The translations under genes were made by a program, and so were the position numbers. Shown in pieces: positions 1-10,445 of a stretch of DNA of 64,000 nt. The stretch covers positions 15,100,948-15,164,947 of the forward strand of contig NC_092673.1 in assembly GCF_964355755.1 (NCBI RefSeq), given 5' to 3'. The notes beneath the pieces are model-generated. The model made no database searches and was not told where the DNA came from. It was given only the letters and a program-made list of their open reading frames with translations. How positions within the stretch are numbered: the stretch's first letter is position 1; each line of letters begins with the position of its first letter. The DNA is from Antedon mediterranea. Its lineage: Eukaryota > Animalia > Echinodermata.

Positions 1-1296
1 GGGATTGTTATTTAGTTATACATCTACACAATGTGGCAGATCCAAAGGGGAATGGGAGGGGGATTGTTATTTAGTTATACATCTACACAATGTGGCAGAT
101 CCAAAGGGGAATGGGAGGGTGATTGTTATTTAGTTATACACCTACACAATGTGGCAGATCTAAAGGGGAATGGGAGGGTGATTGTTATTTAGTTATACAT
201 CTACACAATGTGGCAGATGTGAAGGGGGAATGGGAGGGAGATTGTTATTTAGTTATACATCTACACAATGTGGCAGATCCAAAGGGGGAATGAGAGGGTG
301 ATTGTTATTTAGTTATACACCTACACAATGTGGCAGATGTGAAGGGGGAATGGGAGGGGGATTGTTATTTAGTTATACATCTACACAATGTGGCAGATCC
401 AAAGGGGGAATGGGAGGGGGATTGTTATTTAGTTATACACCTTCACAATGTGGCAGATCCAAAGGGGGAATGGAAGGGTGATTGTTATTTAGTTATACAT
501 CTACACAATGTGGCAGATGTGAAGGGGGAATGGGAGGGTGATTGTTATTTAGTTATACATCTACACAATGTGGCAGATCCAAAGGGGAATGGGAGGGTGA
601 TTGTTATTTAGTTATACATCTACACAATGTGGCAGATCTAAAGGGGGAATGGGAGGGTGATTTTTATTTAGTTATACACCTACACAATGTGGCAGATCTA
701 AAGGGGAATGGGAGGGAGATTGTTATTTAGTTATACATCTACACAGTGTGGCAGATCCAAAGGGGAATGGGAGGGTGATTGTTATTTAGTTATACACCTA
801 CACAATGTGGCAGATCTGAAGGGGGAATGGAAGGGTGATTGTTATTTAGTTATACATCTACACAATGTGGCAGATGTGAAGGGGGAATGGGAGGGTGATT
901 GTTATTTAGTTATACATCTACACAATGTGGCAGATGTGAAGGGGGAATGGGAGGGTGATTGTTATTTAGTTATACATCTACACAATGTGGCAGATGTGAA
1001 GGGGGAATGGGAGGGTGATTGTTATTTAGTTATACACCTACACAATGTGGCAGATCTGAAGGGGGAATGGGAGGGTGATTGTTATTTAGTTATACATCTA
1101 CACAATGTGGCAGACCCGAAGGGGGAATGGGAGGGAGATTGTTATTTAGTATACATCTACACAATGTGGCAGATCCAAAGGGGGAATGGGAGGGGGATTG
1201 TTATTTAGTTATACATCTACACAATGTGGCAGACCCGAAGGGGGAATGGGAGGGTGATTGTTATTTAGTTATACATCTACACAATGTGGCAGATCC
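1..1296. repeat. 59-60 bp minisatellite, ~22 copies (runs off window start), intronic in prominin A
   Basis: Unit GATTGTTATTTAGTTATACAYCTACACAATGTGGCAGATnnnAAGGGGGAATGGGAGGGn repeated head-to-tail. Confidence 0.97.
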
Positions 1297-1368
1297 GAGG
1301 TCAGCTAGCCCAAGGTCAGCTAGCCCAAGCCCAGCTAGCCCAAGCCCAGCTAGCCCAAGCCCAGCCCA
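1297..1368. repeat. 15-bp tandem repeat (CAGCTAGCCCAAGSY), ~4-5 copies
   Basis: aggtcagctagccca / agcccagctagccca units directly after the 60-bp array. Confidence 0.85.
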
Positions 1369-1726
1369 AAATTTTGAAATTTACAATGGATAATATCCAA
1401 CATTTTGTTTAGAACTTAAAAAAAACCCACATCCACTCCCTTTAAGCCAAAATTTAGGTTCAATACTTACCAAGGCTTAAATCACAAAAGATATACTATT
1501 TTTAGCATCAGTAACAATATATTCACTGAAAACTACAGATATCAACTGTAATCCTGATCAACTCTTAAGCTCTGTCCACAACATCAAATTTGATGTGACA
1601 AAAAATGTTATGTGCCCATATATAGACATGATGATGTCATATCACTACCATATTTATTTTGTCAAACTACAGTAGTTTTATAGCTTTAGTTTTAATACCT
1701 AATATTGTTTTCTTTTCTTCTTGCAG

Positions 1727-1795
1727 GAAGTGTCCTCATACAGTGATCGTGTCCTTGGTTATGCTGAACAGTATGTCAACTATGTTAATGATCAG
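1727..1795 (+). CDS. prom: Prominin A exon EVSSYSDRVLGYAEQYVNYVNDQ
   Basis: ttcttgcag acceptor, GT donor at 1796, phase 0/0. Confidence 0.85.
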
Positions 1796-3554
1796 GTCTG
1801 ATATGATCACATTTTCATTTCCATGCCAAATATAATTTTTTTTTAAATTGACCCCTCAAACATATATATGTGCTATATAAATTGGTACGATATGTCTTAC
1901 TGCTGAGTGTACAGTTCAACAGTATCCAAGTGGGTCAAGAGGTATTAGGCATGTGACACAATAAGTATCCATGAAGTTTGATGATGAATGAGTATACTTG
2001 CCGTGCCGTAACGCAGAGGCCCGAGGCCGCTGGTTTAGGGAGACTTAGTGGCCCTACAACGCTAGAGGCCTTGGCTATTTTTGACATATTTTAATGCCTT
2101 TTTTTCCCTCATAAGCTCTGGCAGTGAACGTATGACAGTAAACGTGTTCAATGGAAAGATACAAGTTCTAATACACCAATTTTAAATAATTGTATAAAGA
2201 AGTGGTGATTAAAGAATAGCATAAAAAGATCCTGTTTTTTGGTTATTTATTTTCAGGTCCAGACCGAGGTTGGACGATGTAAACCTTTGTACAATGTTTA
2301 TGAAGATTCTTTGAATTTAATTTGTGTGTCTTTGCTGCAGTCATGGGTAGGTACAATGTTCTTGTGTATGCTACTGTATTGGGTTGGTCTCTTTATTTTT
2401 AATTTGGTCGATCGCATTTTTTTGTTAGTTAGCAGCATTACTCAAAAAGTTATTTCCAGATGTTTATCAAATTGAAACCACTGATAGATATGTGGTAACG
2501 GACTACTAATTTTGGAGGCAATCCGGACCAGGATCCCAATTCTGGACCACTTTTTATTATTATTTTACTTATTTATTACTCATTGTCTACAGGTAAGTTT
2601 CCGTCAGAACATGAGTTGAACTTAGGTTCACAGTAAAAAAAAATTAAAATATAAAATATTTTTATTAATAATTAATTATTTTAAAAAATAATAATGATGA
2701 CGAAAAAAGAAATCCTCAGCAGAAATTGATCTAAACTGTGAAAGGCTTAATAACAGTACATAGCCATTACATCAAACTCGCATTCACAAGGTTGTAGTGA
2801 AATTATCCCAATCACCACAGCATTAAGACTCAAAAACTTTTTACAAATATATTTTCGGAGAGATATTTTATGTAGGGGAATTGTAAGTATATGTTTAGCT
2901 TGAATATTTATTTGTGTAGAATAGCCAGATTAGGAGACTGAACATGATTGTTAACAATTACTAAATAAACATACAATTGGGCTTTAATAATGGAAAAACA
3001 ATTAGATGATGAGATTAATAATCATGTTAAAATTTACAAACTATTATGGGCCTGTTTCGGCTGCATATCGCTAATAAACCATTTATTTTAAAAATATAAT
3101 TATGTCGACTGCATTTCTACTAGAAGATAAACTGTTTAAATTTGTGGTTGGTCATTAATAATGATGTTAACATTACCAAAAATGCAATGTGATCCGTCGG
3201 ACAAATCATATACCGTTATTTTCAGGCTGCCATTTAACTGGTTATTAAAAATTTGTCCTGTTTTTGCTGCCAAGAAATTTAGTGTTAATTTGTTCACACG
3301 GTTATTAACTGGTTATTGTTTTGCAGCAGAAACAGGACATTAGTTATTGATAATGCTTTACATGTAAATTCAAATGTAGATGATTGATGGTTTTTAATTT
3401 TTTTAATTGTAGAATTCCCTTTGGTTTTGCATTGGCTGGTGCCTGTTCTTTATGTTGGCTGGAATTGTCTACTCCATCAAGCTTGCCAAGTATTTCAGAA
3501 AAATGCAGTTTTCTGAGGATACTTATGATGAGTAAGTTTGTTGTTGTGAACAAC

Positions 3555-3585
<31 letters not shown>

Positions 3586-6500
3586 ATTGTTATTCATTTA
3601 ATACTCAAGTGTTTAACAAATGTACAGAAAAGAAATGTGTTCAATTTTGTTCACTCATTAAGCTCTGTCTACACTATCAAACTAGTTTGACAAAACTTCA
3701 TGTTAAAAAGCTTAGAGGCCAATTTCCATTAAGCACCAAAATTATGTAAATATACATTTTGTAAATATTGAATTATATCTATCTAATGTTCTTGTTCACT
3801 TATTTATTTTGAATTATAGGATTGAGATGAGCAATGTTAATAAGAATGGGTAAGTTAGTTTTAATTTTATCTTGTAGTCTAATCATGTCTATCACCAACA
3901 GCAAAGTCTACTACTCTCAATGTTCTCTTGTTTTTATTTTAATTTATCTTGGGGGATTGTGTAACCTGCTGACCTTTACTTCATCACTAAAGGTCATTGC
4001 AGCGATGGTGATTCTCTAAGTTTTATCATTTGTTAACTTTCTTGGTAAGTTTTAAAAAGCAATCAAGAATCTGTTAAAATTACTGTGTGGCTTGGTAAGT
4101 CTTCGTGTTAAGTTACTGGTCTGGTGTTGCAATTTTGTAGGGAGTTTTTCGGTTTGCGATGAGCTAGGGCCTACATACACATAAGTATTTTGTTCTGAAT
4201 TAGAATCAAAGAATAGAGTGTCGAGGAACTACATGCCAATGTCCCTGCATGCACACAAATATTACGTAACCTCAGGTCTAAAGCCCCAAAACAAATCAAC
4301 CAAAGTCTTGGCAAAAAAAGTGCGATAGTAATCTTAGAAAATTTTAATACAATATTCTTGTAGATCTGTACATTGAAATATTGCACCATTTTGTTTTTTA
4401 GCTTGATTTTTCTTTAGAAACAAACTAAATTAGTATAATTAGATAATATTTTTTTTAAATATTATTTATTGTATCTACACAATTTATTTATTATAGCATG
4501 TCAGATGTTTGTATATAATGATTGAATTCAACTAGGTAATTAATAACATAACATAAATAATATTCGTTTGTGGTTTTTTTTTTTTATTTGCTTATAATTA
4601 TGGTTAAAAATATTATTAATCAACAATTTTCTATATAACACAGTTCTGTTATAATTTACAATGTGTTACAGATACAGTAGTGGTATGGTGGTATACTTCA
4701 TAAAATAATAGGTCCAAGTCTATTGTAAATGATTCTTATAAATCAATAACTAGCTTTTTCTGAGAGTATTCTTGCTAAACAGACACAACCAAGGATGAAA
4801 TTCACGCGGCGCATGTTGATATCTTGATAGAAAAAAATCCATGGTCCGTCTAATAAGCAGCAAGCTTCCGAATTGGTGTTGTAAGAGAGATAACAGTGTC
4901 ACAACCAAATTATTGCTCATTGTTTCATGCATAATGTCTCGCGCAAGGGCCAACCTTTTAGGCCTCATGTTTACGTGCCTATTTCAGCGCTACATTAGTC
5001 GGTTACTTTTGCTATGTTTATATATACAATTCATTGCATGTGTCTTTTTCAATCTAAGTACTTCTTCTTTACTTGACAGTGGGTGGATAAAGCTCCCGTC
5101 TATGGACCATTTATATCTTGGTAATCAACTCTATACTTTTTTTTTACAATTTTTTTTCAAAACTTTCTCAATTTTTCATATCCATAATTCTTAAAATCAT
5201 AATTTTTTGTAGAGTAGATCATCTATACAAAATGTCTGTCTTCATGATTCATCTGTTCAACCTCTCGTTTTTAATTTAAAACATTTATCGGTTCTTGTTG
5301 CATGAAGATTATAAATTTCACACTTGTAAATGTTAATTAGTTTCACGCTTTCTGAAGATTATTAGATTAATAAAGTGATTAGGTGAAAAAAAAACCATTG
5401 TTATTATGGCTTTTATTCGTTCTCTTTCCCATAAAAATTGAAGTATGAGAAAATTACAAAAGTATAAAAAATCAATATAAATATGTTAACTTTCTAGCAG
5501 AAAACCAATGAATATTTAAAAAAAAAAACCTGTTAAAGTGTTATTATTTAAATGTTGGTCTTACCCCCATACCACTACATATCATCATTGATTTAGGACT
5601 TGAATATATCTGATGACTTTTATGTCCACACAATCATCATCTTCATTTCCGTGTTCAGTTTTCAAACTTTGTGTTATTTGAGTTTATTTCTTAAAGTTTA
5701 TATACAGTATTATTGGGTATTTTAATTACATTTTCCATTTGTTATTCTTATTTCTTAATATTTTTGCAATTGCTTTTTAAAATTAGTAGAGAACTGGTGG
5801 ATTTGTGATTTGTGTTACCGTAATTGGAAATGTGTAGATGAGTTTTAAAACATAACATTTTAAAATGTTCTTTTTTTTCTCTAGCAACTTTCTGAGATGA
5901 TTTCACCATATATTAGTATTACAACTTTTTCTGTTGTTGAATGTTAGTGTTTTATATAAGACATCAACATGTATCTGGTGTATGGGTAAAGATCAATTTG
6001 TATATTTGATATAGTGTAGAAAGTATAAGTATCTTGTTTATAGAAATAAACTTTATTTAAATTTTATTTTAGACCATACGGAGCACGTCTGAATGCGTAA
6101 GTGGATTTTTTAGTTTAGTTTTTTTAGGATTTTAGTATTTACAATGCATGCATTTATTGTAAATATGCCATTGTGATTTTCTTTTATCATAATTTTTTGT
6201 AAAGTTTAACTGAGCTGTTTCCAAGTTTAAAGTGGTTAGATCTGCTTGCTGTAGTCTCCAATAACAACCTAAATACAGTAGAGCTCCTCCTTTGTGACAT
6301 CTCTTTTCAGGGGACATCCCTAAAAAATGGGATACTTTTCTCATGAATCAAATCAGGGGCAATATATCTTTTTAATACTTGACCAACCCCCATAAAAGGG
6401 CCACTCCTATTAAGAGGAAACTTTCTCATAAATAAAATGGGGAGCAATATATTTAACACTACATGCAACCCCCATAAAGGGGACACTTTCTCATGAATCA

Positions 6501-9500
6501 AATGGGGAGCAATATATTTAACACTACATGCAACCCCCCTAAAGGGGACACTTTCTCATGAATAAAATGAGGGGCAATATATTTAACACTACATGCAACC
6601 CCCATAAAGGGGACACTTTCTCATGAATCAAATGAGGGGCAATATATTTAACACTTTACGTGCAAGGGTGACACTTTCTCATAAATCAAATGAGGGGCAA
6701 TATTCAACACTACGTGCAACCCCCTTAAAGGGGACACTTTCTCATGAATCAAAAGAGGGCAATATATTTAACACTACTATGGCCTACCCCTATTCAGAGG
6801 ATACCCCTGTTAAGGGGCACCTTGTTGGGTCTGGAAGCTCCCCCTGAAGCTTGGTTCCCACTAGAACGTAACGCAAGGACGTAAACGCAACGCAAGCGTT
6901 TTAACCAATGACAAGCGAAGTTATAGACAGTTAGCAATCACAAGCGAATAAGCCATCGCTTGTGATTGGTCAATTCACTTGCGTTGCGTTACGTCCTTGC
7001 GTTGCGTTACGTCCTTGTGCGTTACGTCCTTGCGTTGCGTCGCTAGTGGGAACCACGCTTTAATAGGGGCTCTACTGTATTGTTAACATTTCAAGAAAAT
7101 GTTAATAGATATTAGCTTGTTTGGCTGATTGAGTTGATCCGATCTGCAGTGGAAACTTATCATAGCTATGAACATGTCATTTTTGAATCACAATGGTTTG
7201 CATCATTTTCTTGTATTATTTAATGTCTCATCATCGTCCTCCATTTCTAGACATTTCAACCATTCATGGTGTTGGTTTTTTTTTTTTATTGTTTCAATCG
7301 TAATCAAAAGTTGTAAAATATTTATATTTGTATTACCGGTATGTAAAAGTGAATTAAGAACGTGTTCAGTATGTATTTAATTTAAACAGCATGCTAGTTG
7401 TTTACTTTATATTTGATGTTCAGTATTGTAACTTCTTTGTTTAATTAATTAATGATTTATATTTATAGGTACTATTATTAGCCAGTATGGTCAATTGTGG
7501 TATAAAAGCAACGTTATTTTACTAATAATTTCTATATTTCTATCTAGTGGTGCAGAGTTTGATTAAAACAGACATCTCAAGACCAACTGGTACAAATAAT
7601 TTTGGCATCATGGATGCCATTAAAATGCAACATAGCATGATTTTGGAATGAATTTCATTTAGATTTTTTTTGCTTGTTAAAATAATACCTAACAACACTC
7701 ACCAAATTATTATTACTATTTTGTATAACAATAAAAAATAAATAAATACAAGCTTAATACTAAAATTTTATTTTAAAAAAAAGAATGTTATGAATTTTTA
7801 TTTTCTGCTAACTACCAGTAATATTAATATGCAATGTACAGAAATACAGAACTTAAAATTGATTTCTGAGTAAGAGGTTTTTTGAGTTTCTGACAATGAT
7901 CAAATGTTGAGTTTCTGACAATGATCAAATGTTGAGTTTCTGACAATGATCAAATGTTGAGTTTCTGACAATGATCAAATGTTGAGTTTCATACAAGATA
8001 AGGTATTGGCGGCTAACCAACTATGTTAGATCTTAACCTTATTTTATTAACATTTGACATCTAATGATAAAGTAAAAAATGCATGTTCTTGGTAGAACAT
8101 AACATCATATGGAAAGGTTTCTCCTGGCATGTTGTACCACTCTCTTTCACATAGTAAGCAAACATGTACGCTGTGCTGGCCAGTGTGTCGCTATGTGATT
8201 TGACAGCCATATTAAGGCCACCAACTTGGACTGCATTGTATGACGAGGCCCATTTTGTCGGAACATGTTTAATGTTCTCCTGATGACCTAAAAACTCGTC
8301 GGGATTCAACTCATGCAGCATCGTCAGGTCAAGACGTTTTGCCCTACAACGCAGTCTGAGTTTACCTTTATTAGTGATCTTAAATTATATTAGTAGAGTT
8401 TTCATTTCAGAATATTCCCATTTTCATTTTTTTTTTTCACTTTATTAAATGAATAGTATAGTTTCTTACTTCTTATAGAATTAGTCACAGAATCATGTAT
8501 TGTTACTTTTATCTGGTTGAGAAGAATAATACAGTTAGTAGTATTCTTATCAACAGCACATCATTTTATACCTTATCATTAATATCTATATCAAGTTTTT
8601 TACTATAATCATAACTTTTACATAAAAAACAACAATATAGTTTCATTTCATATAGTATCCTATAGAAGATGAATCAATAATAATAAATACAAGTAGTTTT
8701 CTTATCAGAAATATATTTTAATGATTTTATTTTTGTTGGGATACTTAATAGTTTATACATGGTAACATGCATGTCTGTGTACGTATATCAACAAAATAAT
8801 TTTGCAAAAAAATAATTTTCTATTTTTTTTAATGCATGTACAAAAGCAAGTAATAAACCAGGAGATCAAAATAGGTTATGACTTTGACTGCAATTTGAAA
8901 AGGGTGCTGTGGCTTGTTGGTTATGATGCTTGGCTTCCACTCTAAGGGTCCTGGGTTCAAGTCCCGTCACATGTCAGGATTTTTTCTAAGGACCAAATTA
9001 CTCCACTCCCAAAGACTTGTAATAAGACTTTGTTTATGTAGAGCATCTTGTGTATATGTTTGTCTTGTGAACCTCTGAGGATCCCTAATGATCAGCAATA
9101 GCTGGATGGATCACCCTAATTAAATATGGTTAAAAAAAAAAATAACAGCCTTTAGCCGCAGCATGGTGAAAAAGGCTTCAAATCACAGGAAATAAAACAA
9201 ATTTTCCAAATCTGTATTATTTCATTTTGCTGTATTGTATATGTATTTCTAGTAAAGATTGTTTTTGTTTATAATTGCAGGAACAAGGTCCACCCACATA
9301 ATGGTTATGCGTAAGTAGTCATCACATCATATCATTGTTATACTTCCTACAACGTATTCAATTGCTAATGTTCATATATTCTGCTTGTTTCTCAATGCAT
9401 TGCATTGTGCACTAAATAATCACTCAATCAAAACGATTTTTAGTATTTAAAAAAAATCATTTACATTCTTAATTAACATCAAACTATATGTGAAATTAGA

Positions 9501-10445
9501 CACTGAACTTAACCTAATGTCCTATCTTTTGCATTGTAATATTCGAGAGGGAGGGGGTGTTGCTGCCTATGTGTCCAATCGGAAACTTTTAAATTGCAGT
9601 TGTTTTTAATTTTAGTGTAGGCTCGGAACCTAATTTTTGCACGGTTTTGTACTGCTGTACTTCTCTGCAATAAAATAATTTTTCATACACTACTTTCATT
9701 TAACTTTCACTGTTTAACTTCTTCATTGTGTCTTGCTATGTGTGCTTATTGCTTTCTCGCGTCTTTTGTCAAATTTGTCAATAATCTAATCACCTAACCC
9801 AGCAAGAATCATCTTTCTATGCTGCACGAGTTCATCTGTTTGCTGTTGATGATGCCATCCTGCTTGCTTCTTACAGTTTTGCCAAAGAAAATTCCAATAT
9901 CAGTACGGCTAGCACTGCTGAGGCCTTGGACAACAAAACAGTAGCATTTAATGATCTGGATCGAGTTACTATTTACCAAACTGTTGATACTACTCAAGAA
10001 GGAGTTACAGAAACTCTTGCTATAGCCACACCAAACACTTTCTTCAAATGAGAAGTTGCTTTTAGTTGTACAGTAATGCTTTATTTTGCTTCTCTCTACT
10101 GCATGAACTAGCTTTTTGCTCTTTTTTTGTGCATGTGTTTAGCATTGCTGAATGTCTGTCGGCCCCTTTTCTTTTATCTTAACTTAGAATAAGATTTGTC
10201 AAAAGAGTTTCGGTTTTAGGAAGCAAATTGAAAGCTTATCTCCCAAAAAATACAATGCAAAAGATATAAAAACACATTAGGTTTAGCACAATTTTACAAC
10301 TCTTTAAGATTCTTTCAACTTTCCCTCCCGCAAACCATTCACAACTCCTTACTCCTTTTTCAAAATCTTATATCTGCCATTTGAGTTGACTCCTAGTTAT
10401 ATTGATATTTTATTATTAATGTAATTTTTGTTTTCCGTTAGATGA
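1727..10445 (+). CDS. prom: Prominin-family protein A, 3' part of a spliced gene (end of extracellular loop 2, TM5, cytoplasmic tail)
   Basis: GT-AG exons 1727-1795, 2257-2346, 3413-3531, 3820-3849, 6073-6096, 9281-9310, then 10442-10445 (stop) or 9877-10051 splice in frame. They give ...VGRCKPLYNVY...IC...SWNSLWFCIGWCLFF...SIKLAKYFRKM, matching the prominin C-terminal signature. Confidence 0.9.
2257..2346 (+). CDS. prom: Prominin A exon VQTEVGRCKPLYNVYEDSLNLICVSLLQSW
   Basis: ttttcag acceptor, gtaggt donor; conserved C-x-P...C motif before TM5. Confidence 0.92.
3048..3339. mobile_element. PIF/Harbinger-type MITE
   Basis: Termini GGGCCTGTTTCGGCTGCA / TGCAGCAGAAACAGGAC resemble those of 27301 and 34237; internal TTAACTGGTTA motifs. 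Confidence 0.65.
3413..3531 (+). CDS. prom: Prominin A exon, TM5 (NSLWFCIGWCLFFMLAGIVYSIKLAKYFRKMQFSEDTYD)
   Basis: tgtag acceptor, gtaagt donor; N-x-x-WF-x-x-GW...KLAKY[FY]R motif. Confidence 0.93.
3820..3849 (+). CDS. prom: Prominin A 30-nt tail micro-exon (IEMSNVNKN)
   Basis: tatag acceptor, gtaagt donor, phase 2/2, in frame. Confidence 0.75.
6073..6096 (+). CDS. prom: Prominin A 24-nt tail micro-exon (PYGARLN)
   Basis: tattttag acceptor, gtaagt donor, phase 2/2. Confidence 0.65.
6320..6778. repeat. ~65-bp tandem repeat, ~7 copies
   Basis: Unit AAAGGGGACACTTTCTCATGAATCAAATGAGGGGCAATATATTTAACACTACATGCAACCCCCAT. Confidence 0.9.
6848..7059. mobile_element. Harbinger-type MITE nested in the pogo-like MITE
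   Basis: TIR AGCTTGGTTCCCACTAG / CTAGTGGGAACCACGCT; repeated AACGCAA/TTGCGTT motifs. Confidence 0.75.
7882..7990. repeat. 25-bp tandem repeat x4.3
   Basis: TTGAGTTTCTGACAATGATCAAATG perfect copies. Confidence 0.95.
8110..8360 (-). mobile_element. Degenerate tRNA-derived SINE
   Basis: Minus strand has a B-box-like GAGTTGAATCCC followed by a SINE-like body. Confidence 0.4.
8902..9142 (+). mobile_element. tRNA-derived SINE
   Basis: A box TGGCTTGTTGG, B box GGTTCAAGTCC, body, A-rich tail. Confidence 0.7.
9281..9310 (+). CDS. prom: Prominin A 30-nt tail micro-exon (NKVHPHNGY)
   Basis: ttgcag acceptor, gtaagt donor, phase 2/2. Confidence 0.7.
9877..10051 (+). CDS. prom: Candidate alternative terminal exon of prominin A (FAKENSNISTAS...ATPNTFFK*)
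   Basis: cttcttacag acceptor; 57 open codons in exactly the phase-2 frame, ending TGA; more GC-rich than the flanks. Confidence 0.5.
10442..10445 (+). CDS. prom: Candidate terminal exon start of prominin A (A+TGA stop) followed by AT-rich 3' UTR
   Basis: ttttccgttag acceptor then A TGA TAA; AATAAA signals near 10737, 10890 and 10953. Confidence 0.55.

Larger units (their letters stand above)
6276..7077. mobile_element. Tc1/mariner (pogo/Tigger-like) MITE with internal ~65-bp tandem array and a nested MITE
   Basis: TA|CAGTAGAGC...GCTCTACTG|TA termini with TA TSD. Confidence 0.75.

Noticed and set aside
1-1296. CRISPR-like array
   Set aside because: No unique spacers, no cas genes, eukaryotic context
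330-1393. ORFs encoding 20-aa repeats (ADPKGEWEGDCYLVIHLHNV)
   Set aside because: By-product of a stop-free 60-bp unit; 59-bp units frameshift it repeatedly, the starts are non-ATG, and it lies in a prominin intron
4672-4690. Possible extra micro-exon after tgttacag
   Set aside because: Available donors give phase 1 or 0, incompatible with the phase-2 neighbours
8902-8975. Genuine tRNA gene (also 55383-55450)
   Set aside because: Stems pair poorly and the sequences continue into SINE bodies and tails
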